Shown in pieces: positions 24,903-37,800 of a stretch of DNA of 64,000 bases; within the stretch, counting starts at the first letter, position 1; every line of letters starts with the position of its first letter. Source of the stretch: Paramecium tetraurelia (taxonomy: Eukaryota). The notes under the pieces are model-generated. The model did not search any database. It was not told where the DNA came from and worked only from the letters and a program-made list of their open reading frames with translations. The stretch covers positions 1 through 64,000 of the forward strand of contig CT868673.1 of the NCBI GenBank assembly GCA_000165425.1, read 5' to 3'. A program made the translations under genes and the position numbers.

Positions 24903-25476
24903 TCATTTATTTTTTCTTTAGATTTTGGACAACCATTTTAGCATTTCGTCAATGTTTGTATTTTTTTTGGCTGAAATACTATAGCATGCAACCAATCTAT
25001 CTTTAATTGAATTTAAATTCATCTATGTAATTAGCTCTTATTCTGTAATACTAGAAATATAGAGATAGATGTTACCATCCTTGTAGATCATATTTATTTC
25101 CTAATACTAATAGGGGGATCCCTTCTAAACTAGGCCAAGAAATTAGCTAATTAAGTTACTACCGAGCTATGTCTAAGTTTCCTTAATCTTGTGCATCCAC
25201 AACAAAAATGATTACATCTGCTGATCTGCAATATTTTTCCCATTATTCTCGAAACCTTGCTTATCCTCCGACATCCCACATCTTCATTTACACTTTTCCC
25301 TTCTTCACAGATCGAAAGTTAAACCCTATTGTTGGGATTGTGTCTTCCTCGAACTTGCCTGTAGCCATTGTATTAACCAGAGTGGTTTTGCCTGCATTTT
25401 ATAATCCTACCAAAGCAATCTCTAACTCTTTTCCGAAAAATAGCTCTCTAAACCAACTTACAACTTTCTAAAACAT
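24903..25476 (-). CDS. ARL8: ARF-like small GTPase ARL8
   Basis: [61 protein letters not shown]; one 25-nt intron. Confidence 0.9.
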
Positions 25477-25568
25477 CTATAATATGAATATTTATTTTAA
25501 TCAAAATAAGAATGACAACATTAATTAATGAGTATTATTTATTATTCTCTAAAACTAATAAAGAGCCA

Positions 25569-26347
25569 TCAATTTTTTTTTGCCTTCTTTCTAACACACA
25601 ATATCTATTTTAACCAATCATACTTTTCTCTAAACCAGCCTTATTTTTCATTCTTTTTCTGACTCTAAATTTTATCCTCATAGCTCAAACTGTTTAACAT
25701 TTTCTCGCTTATTGCCTTCTGCTTCTACTTAATCTACTCTTTCTTTTTTAATAATTGTTCCCAAGCCTATTTCGCATCATCATTATTTGGATCAATTTCC
25801 AATATTCTTTTAAAGTCCTCTCCAGCTGCTTTAAACTAATCACTTGTATTATTGCATACCTCTTACAAGTTCATTAAACAAACTCCTCTTCTATATAAAC
25901 CCTTAATATTGCTGGCTTCAACTTCTAATGCCTTATTAGCAAAATCCTTCCCCATTTGATATTCCTTTTACTTAATGTAGCAAAGGGATAGATTGAGATT
26001 GCAAGGAAGCTACGAAATATATCTATAATTTACTTACATATATCTCTTAGGTCAATTTTTGCATTTCTTCTGGATCATTCACCACTCCATCCTTAATCAA
26101 AAATTAATACGCCATTACAGCCTTCATTTAAGTCGATATTGTACTTTAGCATAATGACGTGTGGCTTCAAAATAATCCCCTTTTTTAAAGCATTCTGTTC
26201 CTGCGTTCTTTTCAAAGATAGGAATTTGAGTTTTATCCATCTAAATAATCACTCTTTTCATACATCGGAATAGTCTTCAAATTTAGGTGGATTTGAAGTA
26301 GTCTCTTCTTGTTGCTCTTTGTCGTCGTTCTCTTCGTGATCACTCAT
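25569..26347 (-). CDS. TPR protein (FKBP/Cyp40 co-chaperone-type TPR clamp)
   Basis: EKNAGTECFKKGDYFEATRHY, LPCNLNLSLCYIK, KALEVEASNIKGLYRRG, DFKRILEIDPNN; several small introns. Confidence 0.8.
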
Positions 26348-27056
26348 GAATAAATTTATAAACTTTTTAATTAATTTCGATATAGATCTAGAGAAATACA
26401 TACGAATTGAAATCAAATTAAAAATAAAGTTTTTTAGAATGTATATCATTTATGCCCAGTAATATATAAGCAGCCAATTTCAAATTTAGGATTTGTGTCT
26501 TTCAGTCATAATTAAATTCCCAAATTAAATGAATGAATAAATGCAATAGCTCCATTCTATTAATGAGATAGAGTATAACAATCTTACTAAAATTAAATTC
26601 AATTTTTATTGTTTTTGTATTCTTCATAAATAGATACTCAATAGCTACATTTAGTTGTTAAAAACTAGAAAGATGAATTAGATTACTGTTCTGGATATCA
26701 AAAATAAATCTACTTTTTCAGATTTTATCAAAATAAATTATTAAGAGTTTTATTGTCAATTCATTTTGCATATCTAAGGGAATTGCTATGTGTTGTTGTT
26801 CATGTAATTGAAAAATGTTGAACCCTCTTGATTGAGTTAAAATAGGAGAGAGTTATTTGGTTTTCATTAAATAATTGGCGAAATGGTAATATTAATAGAA
26901 AATACTTATTAGTCTTTGTAAGAGTTTTGAAATTTAGTTAAAAGTAGTACATTTCAAAAAGGATAAGGGTTTCCCTGTTATTTTCGTTCTAAATGAATTT
27001 TTGACAAAACAAGGAAAACAATTATATTCTTATTTGATTATTTTATAATTTCATAA

Positions 27057-27629
27057 ATGGGGACTGTTTGCATAAAAAGATAATCTAGATGTGATGGGAG
27101 CCTTAACTATCCAATTATTAAAAAACTTATGAAATTTCAGCCAGACAAACAATTTCCTCTGGTAAAACCTAATTGTCATTCAAACATGGCTGAAGAAACT
27201 TATGAAATGAATTATTTGGAAATAATTCTGAATTTTCAAGAGATTCCAAAAAAAAAAACCTAAGGGTAAAAAGCGATTCCATTTACTCTGATATCAGACT
27301 AATAATAATAGAAGACTTAGGAACAACAAGTTACGATGGAACGTGAATTGAAGGAATCTATGTTGGAAAAAAAGTAAACAGAAAAAGGGATGAAAATGAA
27401 TAGAAGTGTAACCTAAAACTCAATCCATCAGGAGGTGTTGGATGACTGTTCTGTTATTTTGAATAAAAATTAAGCTGGCTCAGATACACAAACGATAAGA
27501 AGCATTCTAAAGACTAATAAATCAAAATCTCATAAATCGGTGCCAAAAGTTACTTAGTCTAATTCTTAAAAAAAAGTTTCTTTTGAGCCTAGATTATTAA
27601 AGTAAAAAAATCGTAATTTTTTTATGTGA
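27057..27629 (+). CDS. Small putatively myristoylated PP1-docking protein (SILK + RVxF-type motifs)
   Basis: Intronless ORF starting MGTVC, with RSILK and KKVSF near the C-terminus. Confidence 0.7.
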
Positions 27630-27641
27630 GAATATAATAAA

Positions 27642-28855
27642 TCACTTCTATTTTTTTTAAATTTGATTTGACAGCAGATTGCTGGCATAAGTTGGAGTCA
27701 TTTTTTTGATGTCATCATAATTGTAACCCAATTCCATAAGATCGTATTTCATTTATCGGGTGATCTAGAATAAATTTTATTTATGGCTATTACCATAAAC
27801 GGAATTTGTTGAGAGGACTTCTCATTATTGGGATCTAAGTAATCAGCAAAGTTTTCCAGTTTCTATGCTCCAAACTTGGCCATTTTTTCAGGATCTGTCA
27901 CGTTCTTTATGACCGAAAGAAATTTTTTCATAATTAATAATATTAACAAATATTTCATTGTTTATTTCCCCCCTTTCTAGAAGACTTCTTCTTATGTCTC
28001 TTTATATTTAATTGCATAGTTTTGAGTTTTTTTAATTCCATCTATTGCTCTTCCAACAATCTCAATCCTCTAAAGCCATTAAAACTAATATTACTTTTTA
28101 TATCCATCCTTTTGTTTATCAAGTTGATGAAGAAGTTTGTCTTTTTTAATTTTATGCAATTAATTTTACTCCTTATAGAGTTCCCTCATTAATTTCTTTT
28201 TGGTCATGATCTTTTTTTTTTACATTGATCGTAGTTCTTCTTATTTAGAAATTGCATTCTATGTTTTCTTAATTTACAGATGTTTAGGCAAATATTCAGA
28301 CTTGATTCTAGGAGTCAAAGGGAAGATCTTTATCACTGGCTTGTCAATTATCAGAACTACGTCCTTCTAAGTGTTCATTAGGTTTTAAAATTCTTGGATG
28401 TTCTTAAATTACTTGGATTGGCATAATTGAAATAATTTATCAAAGACTAAATTGAAGTTAGGGACATTCGTTTTGTTTTCGATAATATGGTTGATGATTT
28501 GTTGACTGAAGGGACTCTCATCAACAATAGCTTTTTCGTAGTTCTTTACAAAGCTGCCTACATATTGAGTGGACTGTAATAATCTATCAGCTTATAAGAT
28601 TGCTTCAATATTTGGTTCTTAAGTGGAGAGATACAAGATTAATGCGACTAGTGATTTTCCTTTGATTTCTGTAAAGTTTTTGGAGTATGATTATAAGATT
28701 TGAATGCCTTAATTATGATTGGTTTCAACCAATTATTAGAGTAATTCAGAATAGGAGATTCCCAATTTGGTTAGCTTCTTAGTAATTTTGGGGACATCAT
28801 CAAGAGCTAAGATTTCTTGCAATTAGGATAAACGTTCTTAAGTTTATTCTTCCAT
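27642..28855 (-). CDS. Hypothetical protein
   Basis: MEEQTQERLSQLQEILALDDVPK start, frame to ...KQK-TGA, with a small intron near 28090. Confidence 0.65.
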
Positions 28856-28893
28856 AAATAATTAAGTTTTAATTTATATTTCAAAACATTAAT

Positions 28894-31800
28894 TCAATCA
28901 TCTGTCTAGCAGAGAATTGCAACTCCTCTTTTGACCCAATGGTAGGGATGATGATCAGGGGATATTGGTAGATATATAGATATAACAAAGTTGGTTGAAT
29001 GACCAGTGGTCGATAGAGTTCCTGCTCTTCTGGAAGTCTTGTAAACCGGACATTCATAAACCTATTGAAAATTAGAATTATTCTTACAGATGTATCAGCA
29101 TCCCAATCCTTCTTCTCCTCACTTGGCAATAACCAGAGATATGGCACTGAATATTACAAAATTTTGGGCAGACTTTCATTAAGACATCTGTTTTCTTCAT
29201 CCCATCTCGCACCATCAAGGAACAAACCATAAACATAACATCCATCATCAGGTGGTTTAGTAAGATCATACTCTTGAGATGAAGGGGGGATCACTATAAA
29301 TTCAAAGGACAATGTATCAATTGGAATTTAGTACTAATGATGATTAAATAATTAAATACCTTCCTAGCAAAGTTCTACAGAGTTCCAGTTAAAAAGGACT
29401 AAGTGAAAAAGAACCCAGACACCCAGAAGGTAGGTGGTGCACCATTGTCTATCCATAATTGCATAAAGTGCAACCTTTCAATAAAATCATTAATCCAAGA
29501 ACCTAGGGGTTTAAGTGATGGATAAGCCACCTTATGCCAAATATCAGGAACTTGATTATCAAACACTTTGTTGAAAACTTGTTCTAAGTCTGCACTCATC
29601 ACAACCAAACCATCAATTGCCTTGCCTAAGTCAATCAAAGATTGTGTAACTGCCTATAATAATTTATTGAATCTAATCAATTCTTATTGCAATACAGTGT
29701 TCATACTCTAATTGTATTAAACTGGATGTTTACGAGCAGCCTCTTCAACATTGAATCTTTTAGGCAATTTAGCTAGAATCTATTTGCACTTTTCTTTTAT
29801 AAGATCCTCCGCAGATGCTCCTGAACCACCAGTTGATCTTGGAAGTAATGATAATATTGTCGATGTTATGAAATTTGTTTCAATAATGGCTGATGAGATT
29901 TCTGCATTGTCATGTAGTCCAAATACTTCAGTTTAATCATTTAAAGGTAAATTTCTAATATACTCTTTATAGTCTTCTAGAACTCCATTTGGAGGAATAT
30001 AATAAGTACCACTTGGACTCAATTTATGTTTGTCAATCTATAATACATCAGTTGTATAGAATTATTTGAGCAGAATGGCAATTAATCTTCTATCTTTGGG
30101 ATCTGTAACTCTACCTCCATAATTGGCTTCAGCTACCATATAATTGAGAGCCTCCCAAGGTATGTCTTCAAATGTATCAAGGAAATTTCTTAATTGAGAT
30201 ACAGATATTGCCAGATCTGCAGATGTAAACTCATAAGGAATGTTCCAACCAAGAGGTCCATACTTACGTCTTTCTAAACAAACAGCATGGAAGAAGTTTA
30301 ATCCAAAGAATAATTTTTTCCACTCCACTGGTTTCTTACATTACTCAAAACTTTTATTGTCAATTGATGAGAAGTTTCTTAGCATATTATTTTTTAATCC
30401 TCTGGGTGGCTCATAAGTCATCTTAATACCTTTCATTAAAAGAGTCACAGGGAATACATTAGATGGCATTGAAGTTAACCATATTCTGAAATCCGTATTC
30501 ACGTCTGGCTTAGCACATATCTCCTATTCATGAATTCTCTCCAATTCCGGCATAAACGAGGGAGCAAGATGGCAATTCTATAACAATACCCATTTACCAT
30601 CCTTTACAGCTCCTTTAATTGCATTAGTTGCGATTTCTCCTTATCCCTGACCCAAAGAGAGTGGTATAAAGTTTTATCTAAATCCAAATTTGTCTGCCAA
30701 AGATTATATTTCCAAACGGGGATCTGCTCCAGGAGATAAAATGAAAATCAAAGGTGTGAATGCATCTGCATCTTTATAGGCATATTCCAAATTGAAAGGA
30801 GGAGGATCCATGAATTACTTACCCATTTCTGTAATAATTAGATTCTGTGTTGCATTAGCGAATTTATCTGGCCTGATAATTCTCAAGATTATTAATTTCT
30901 AATAGGCTGATAGATTTGTAGCCCATGGTTCTGGTAACTTTTAAGTTTGTGGTTCAGAACTATCATAAATCTCCTGCCATGCATCTAGATTCTTGGTAAT
31001 TGATTCAGGCAACCCTTTGAAGCATGCCAATACATCTGCTGCTTCAGTTATTAAACACCACATCTTCTTAGAAATCCATTCTGCCTATTATGGATGATGA
31101 TATGTGGGATCTGTGTAGGTTCCTCCCACCATAGTGAAACGAATCTCTTAAGGAGTGATTTTTCCATCACTTTACATCACTTTCATTGTCATCAAGAAGG
31201 AGAAGATCAATTTATCTTTCTCTAATAGAGATCTGCAGATACTCTCATATAAAGATATTTAAAATTTATCTATTATATTTTTGCTTCTATTCTCCTTTCC
31301 TTAAATTGATTCCCTGATTGCTCTTTCGAATAATATGATATAGAATTCTAATGACCATTGATAAGTAGGTTCAATTAATGAAAGATCCAACACAACAAAA
31401 TATAAGTTAGCAACTCTCTTTGCGACTTCTCTGTAGAAATTACGAATCTAATTGAATTGTTCTCTATCCTACTCCTACTTCTTTAATTTATCTTAAATAG
31501 TTATCGATTCTGCTTTCGATCTTTAGAGTGTGTCAATTAGAACTTCATCATCCAGTAAATTTCCTTTGGACTCTTATAATAATTACAAGATATTGTCTTC
31601 TGTCATCTTTTATTTATTCTTATTTTCAAAGAACTCCTTGATATTCCTTTATCTTTGTTCATCTTTAGCAGGTTCCTCTATCTTTACAACAATATTTAAC
31701 ATCTGATCCTCTAAACCCTCCTAGGTAACTTAGAAGTTTAGCATTGTGACCTTGACACAAATTTCAGGTGGATAATGAGGTCTGGCTAATTTGGTTGTCA

Positions 31801-34800
31801 TGTAGAATTTGAAATCTCTTGAGTAATCAACCATCTTATCTCCGAATTTTAACTTATAAGCTGAACCTTACTTGATAATTTTTTATTGTAATATTGATTC
31901 AAAAATAGCATCTATGCCCTCTCCAACATTTTCTAATAACACACTTTAACCAAATTGTAAAGCACTTTCCAATGTCTTAGATAACACATTCTAAGATTAT
32001 GTAGGTCTCACGATCACCAATGATTAATTCTCTCCATGTTTCATTTCCATATGCTTAACCCATGTATTTGCTTATGTTTGTGGGTCAATCATTAAAGGCC
32101 ATCTTGTTGAATTTTTTAAGATAATTGCATTATCAATTGAAAACGAATCATTTGGTAGCTTTTATACATTTGTCCATTATCCCATAGTGATTGGATCACA
32201 TAAAATCTTTTGTAATGAATAGTCTGGGTCATACTCCAAATTCAATTTAACTAATAAACCTTGCCAAGCTTTTATAGTGTCATCTCTATAAGCAATAGGA
32301 AATGCTCCCAAATACGCAACAATCCCTGAGGATAGTATACAATCACCAACGATTGTTTTAGAATCAACTCTAAAATCAGCAGCCTTCTTCTTCCAACTCT
32401 CCTTCTCTCCTCCTAACTCAGTAATTAATTTCTCTGCTCTACTCAATTAGATTTTGCACTTATTGACCTTAGCCTCTAAATCTTCTTTCTCTTATTTCGC
32501 CTTATTATATTCTGCTTCTAATTTAGCCAACATGTCAAGCACTTCCTGCAATGCTTCTTACTTCACTCTAAGAGTTTCTTCTGCTTCCTTTAATTTTGAC
32601 TCAGCTTCCAATAATTGCTATCTTTTTGGATCCACCACTAATAGAGCATCATAAGTTTCTACAACAGCACGAACCCACAAACTTAGATTACCTGCTGCAA
32701 CAGATGCATTGAACACCTTATCCTTCTAAAACAATGGATTTTACGAGAATGCTTTTAATTTGTTGATCTTTACTTAAGGAATTTATCTGATTGAATCATC
32801 TCTGAAATCCTTAATTCTTTTAATCAATTTGTCATTCAAAAGATTCTTTTTAGAGTACTCCCAAAAATCTTATACTTTTTCCATAGACCCAGGTTCTTTT
32901 GGTTTCCATGGCACATTTTGATCTTCCTTAAAAGATGTAGCATAATCCTTCCATGACAATAGCTGCAGAAGGGGGAGGCTTAGGAAATGATTTCAATTAA
33001 ACCATATCATTTTTATCAATCTTTTCCAATGCCTCAGCAGCCTGAGCCAGAATAGGTAACACTTTATCAAGATCATTTTAACAATCATTTCTTAAAGCAT
33101 TAGCAGCATCTCTTTGTACATTACAGTCTTTCTCTTCTTATTGACAAACCTATTTTCTTGCATCAGCTTCTTTTTATTTCTTTTACAGATTAATCAACAT
33201 TATACTATTGTCCTTAGTAGCCTATTCCAATTTAGGTTATAAATCTTCTAACTCCTTCTACATTTTGCTTACTTCACTTTCTGTAATGATAATCTTATCA
33301 ACACCTGCCTCATAACGAGATATTTGTTTAATCATATTTTGATCTCTATCTGATTTCAGTCTCTTAAATGTGTTGAGCAATTCCAAATAGGAAGTTGGAG
33401 TAACATAATAATATCTTCTTAATTCATTATAATATCTTTTGGTTAGATCAGACACTCTCATCTACATATCGACTGCTATATCCACTAAACCTTATCTCAA
33501 TTTAGTATCAGTAATGTTCATATCCCTAGTAAATACTGCATCAGCAGTTGATCTAAGAGCCTCTTCTGGCCATGGTAAAAACCAATCAATGGTTGTACAA
33601 TTAACCAAAGCTGGAAAAGTACGCAATCTTCTTCTAAATGCCTCTCCAACAGGTGACATGCAAATCACAAGATGCAAATTCTTCTTACATTACCTAACGA
33701 AGTAACTATACTTTTCGTTGGGTGTACCAGAAGTATAACTGCTCATTTCTTCAATGATTTTACTCTTCTCTTCAGGAGGGAATAGATTAGGCACCTCACC
33801 ATTATTCAAGATATTACAAATATCCTCAACCATTGATTCCTTGATGATCTAAGTGTCTGAATACATAAACACAAATTCTTTTTGATCAATTCCTCCCATC
33901 TTCATAACCTTTTGCAATTCTTCTATCCAATTTCTTGAGTCAACTTGCAAGGTTTCATTTTGGAATGCTATGAATGATGCCAATTAAGCCAAACTCTTTC
34001 TTCCAGATCCTCCCACTCCAACCAATAATGCATGACCAAATGTGGTATTAACAACACGCACTATTTTAAGCACATGTTGAATAGCATTCATAAATAACAC
34101 CAATTCCATTCTATTGCTTGTGTATTGAGAATTGTATTCATTTAATTACTCTTGACATACTTTCTTAAGTGTCTCTCGATCTGTTAATTCACAATAGATA
34201 TCAGTCATAGGTCTCTTTGTTTTATCATCATCAGGATAGAGAGTGGGAACAAACGATGCCCATAAGAGTGGTTCAATTTACACTAGTTGTTTCCAATCTC
34301 GTTTGAAGTGTTTCAGAATGGTTTCCTTTAGAATCTTATCAAAGGTTCCTTAATCATCTTCATTAATCAATCTATCCTAAAATACTCGTTGACATTCATG
34401 TGCCCATAATTTAATGAAATCATTTTCGTCCCTGAATGATTTGACTATTCCTTTAGAAATTCCTTAGAACACTTTACTGATATCTCTAAGATTATAAATG
34501 TAATGAGATTTAGCTGGTGTTGGCAAAAGTTCTTTACATGTTTAGATTAATTAATAAATATCTAGAGTGGCATTCACTGTTTAATCTCTAAGATTTGTAA
34601 TTGATTTCATAAATGGATTTGTTTGTCGAGCATAGTACCATTCCAACACATTCTAAAATATCCTTTGCAACGAATCTCCTTCGAATGGTTCCACATATAA
34701 GAGAACATAGTGTCTTAAATATCTCATGCTGACTACATTTCTACCTCCAGTAGGAGGCAACATACTTGCAATAAATGTAATTCCTTAAAGGTATTTAGGT

Positions 34801-37800
34801 TCCTTCGTTTCTAAATCATACCATCCTCCAGTATCCATCCATTGTCTTAACAATTCTATAGGAGGTTGTGCACCATACTTTTCTTTTGCTGGCATATTCA
34901 AATCATCAATAAAGATTACTATGTACTTCTTACCTTCTTCAGGTCCAAAGTATCCTTTTCTTCTTCTTGAATTAACTTTAGCCTCTATAGTTTTTTGAAC
35001 TTAATTCACTAAAGTTTAACCTGAAAATGCAGTTATCAAATTTGTATATTCTGTGTTTAAAAATAATTTTTTATTGATTTCACTCACAATATTCGATGTT
35101 TTACCAGTACCAGTAGGTCCAGATACAAGAAGATGAATTTTATTTTTCACACATAAATGCAGGAAGTAATTATTTCTGATTGAATCACTAGTAGGTATAA
35201 GTAAATCGTGATACTCGCATCCTTTTGGTATTATGAATGGTGGTTAAGTTTAAGTCCAACTTATGAAATTGTTTTTATTTCTATCATAAACCATATCAAA
35301 TAGATTGGCTTTATCTGGTAATTTAGCATTTATTGTGATTGGTTAGAATTTATACTACAATTGCAATTTGTAGGAATCTTGAACATCTTCAGATGATATC
35401 AATTTAATTAAAAATTAATTGAATTGTTTTCTACAGACTTCGTCAATTGCAGCTCCAAAACTCCAAACACATGAGAATAATATCGCTTTTGAGATTATAT
35501 CTTTAATTTCATTTTGATTGATTTGTTTTTGTGATGCCTTGTCATCCATATCTGTCCATTCCTGCACATATGTTTACAATATGAGTAACATATTTTTGAC
35601 TAAAGTCATTTCACTTCTATATATTGGGAATTTACCATTCCTTCTCAGCCATTCCTAGCAACAATCAATCAAAACTCTCAATAAATCATCTAAATAATGA
35701 TGTTCTATAAATTTCTCTGGAATTGTTTATATATATGATTTAACTAAAGCATACCATCCAATTTATTGTGTCTCCAAAAACACCATACCACATCTACTAA
35801 CAGTGGCAGGAGATGCTACAGCTAGATCTTCAACTTCAAACATCATGGTCATCCAATTTGTCATTTTTATGATTTCACCAGATGTCAAACACAATTTCTT
35901 GTTATCATCCAATACAGTATTCATATTTTCAATCCAAACTGCATCAACAGGTCCATCAAATACAACCCACTTTCTTTCTTCAATTTCTGCATCTTATGCA
36001 CACTATCTCATAATAATAGCTATGACTCCATCAGTCCATGATTTTGTATCTGGATCCAACTTACCATATAATTAATCTGAAGTAATTGATTTTGGATTAA
36101 GTTTAAGCACAGCCACATTCACAAATGATTGTATTTTATTTAATGATGACATTGCTTTGCCCAAACATTCCAACACCTTAGATTTACCTGCAAATGCCTA
36201 TCCTACTATCATCAAACCATGTCGAACATTGATGGTGTCAAACAATTGAATACACTTTTCAATGAAACCTTTTTCTGCTTGGATATTAATCTCTTATGCT
36301 ATGTTTTTGAGTGCTGTTTCCAATGCTCCATAGTCTTATTCTGGTAACTTTATTCCTGGAAATAGATCAGACGTGATTGAATTAAATAGAGGCACATCAT
36401 TAATTGTAAACTTTGGAATATTGACATCCATAAGTGCTCTTAAACAGATGATATCTTCAATATCATTCATGACTCTTTTTAAATTACCTGCAGCTGTCAA
36501 AATAGCCTTCAAAGCTCTCATACCAAAATCATAATGGTCTTGTGATGATAGTTATTCAGATGATAACCTGAGTGAGGCAACAATTTTACGAGCTAAATTA
36601 TTTGCATCTTAAAATCCTACCGAAGCTAAATATATTTCAGAAATCAATGCATAATCTGGAACCATCATAGCACATGGTCTAAATAAGGCTTTTAAGTTGT
36701 CAGGTAAATCAGATCTTCCAGCATATCCTGGATTCATTGTGATATTGATAGCACAGGAAGGTACAAGTTTAATTGGAGTTCCTTCAAATTCAAATTCTGG
36801 TCTCTTTTGTTTGATAGCATCTTAGATAGTAAGTACTTACTAAGCAATAACTGATAACACCTCTAAATCAATACGATTGAATTCATCAAAACAACACCAT
36901 GCTCCTGAACTTGCCAACCCTTTAAAGAATTTACTCATAGCCAAATAGTTCAAACCATCAGAACAATTAAACACAACACATTAGACTGCCAATGCCTTAG
37001 CTAAATCTTTGACTGTTTCTGTTTTTCCTGTTCCTGCAGGACCTTCAGGTGCACCTCCATATTATAAATGGAATGCTCCCATCAAAGTACGATAACATCT
37101 GTCAGTCAAAGGGGTAATAACCAATCTCATGCTATTTCCCAAATATTCATATCCATATAGTAAATCAGCGTTTATCATTTTTACGTTGCATTTCATTACT
37201 TATTCAGTCCAATAATATCTTAATTATGCCATCCATTGGAAATTATTAATATCATTACAACCAATCTTAACCAACTATCTGATAACATCTCTGGCATGAA
37301 CATCCAACACAACCAAAGCTCCCAATGTTAATCTCTCTAAAGGAGACAAATCCTATCTAACTAAATCTACTATATCTCTTAGTTCATTTATTAATTATTA
37401 TAAGAATCCTGCCAATCCTCCATGAGAATTATCCTTATCATTAATTGATGTTTCACTACCTCTAGTCCATCTGACCATGTTAACAGCTAATACAATTTAA
37501 GCTGGCCATTTTCTAACCCAAGCCACTCTTTTAGTATCTACATCCAAATGAGATGCCTTCATAATCTTTTTAAGAGTATCAATCATAACTGCTTCAATTT
37601 CGCATAACCATTTTTCAACATTTCCCTTTTTATCTCCCTCATTTACATTTATGGCTTTTGAAAAAGGTACTTTTTCTTTTTCAGCTGAAATCATCGCAAC
37701 AACCTCTTATCCATTAACAAATTCCAATAAATTGATGGCTTCAAAACATTTATTAATATGCTTTTGAACAGTTTCAGGATCCTTAGTTTATGCCAAAATT

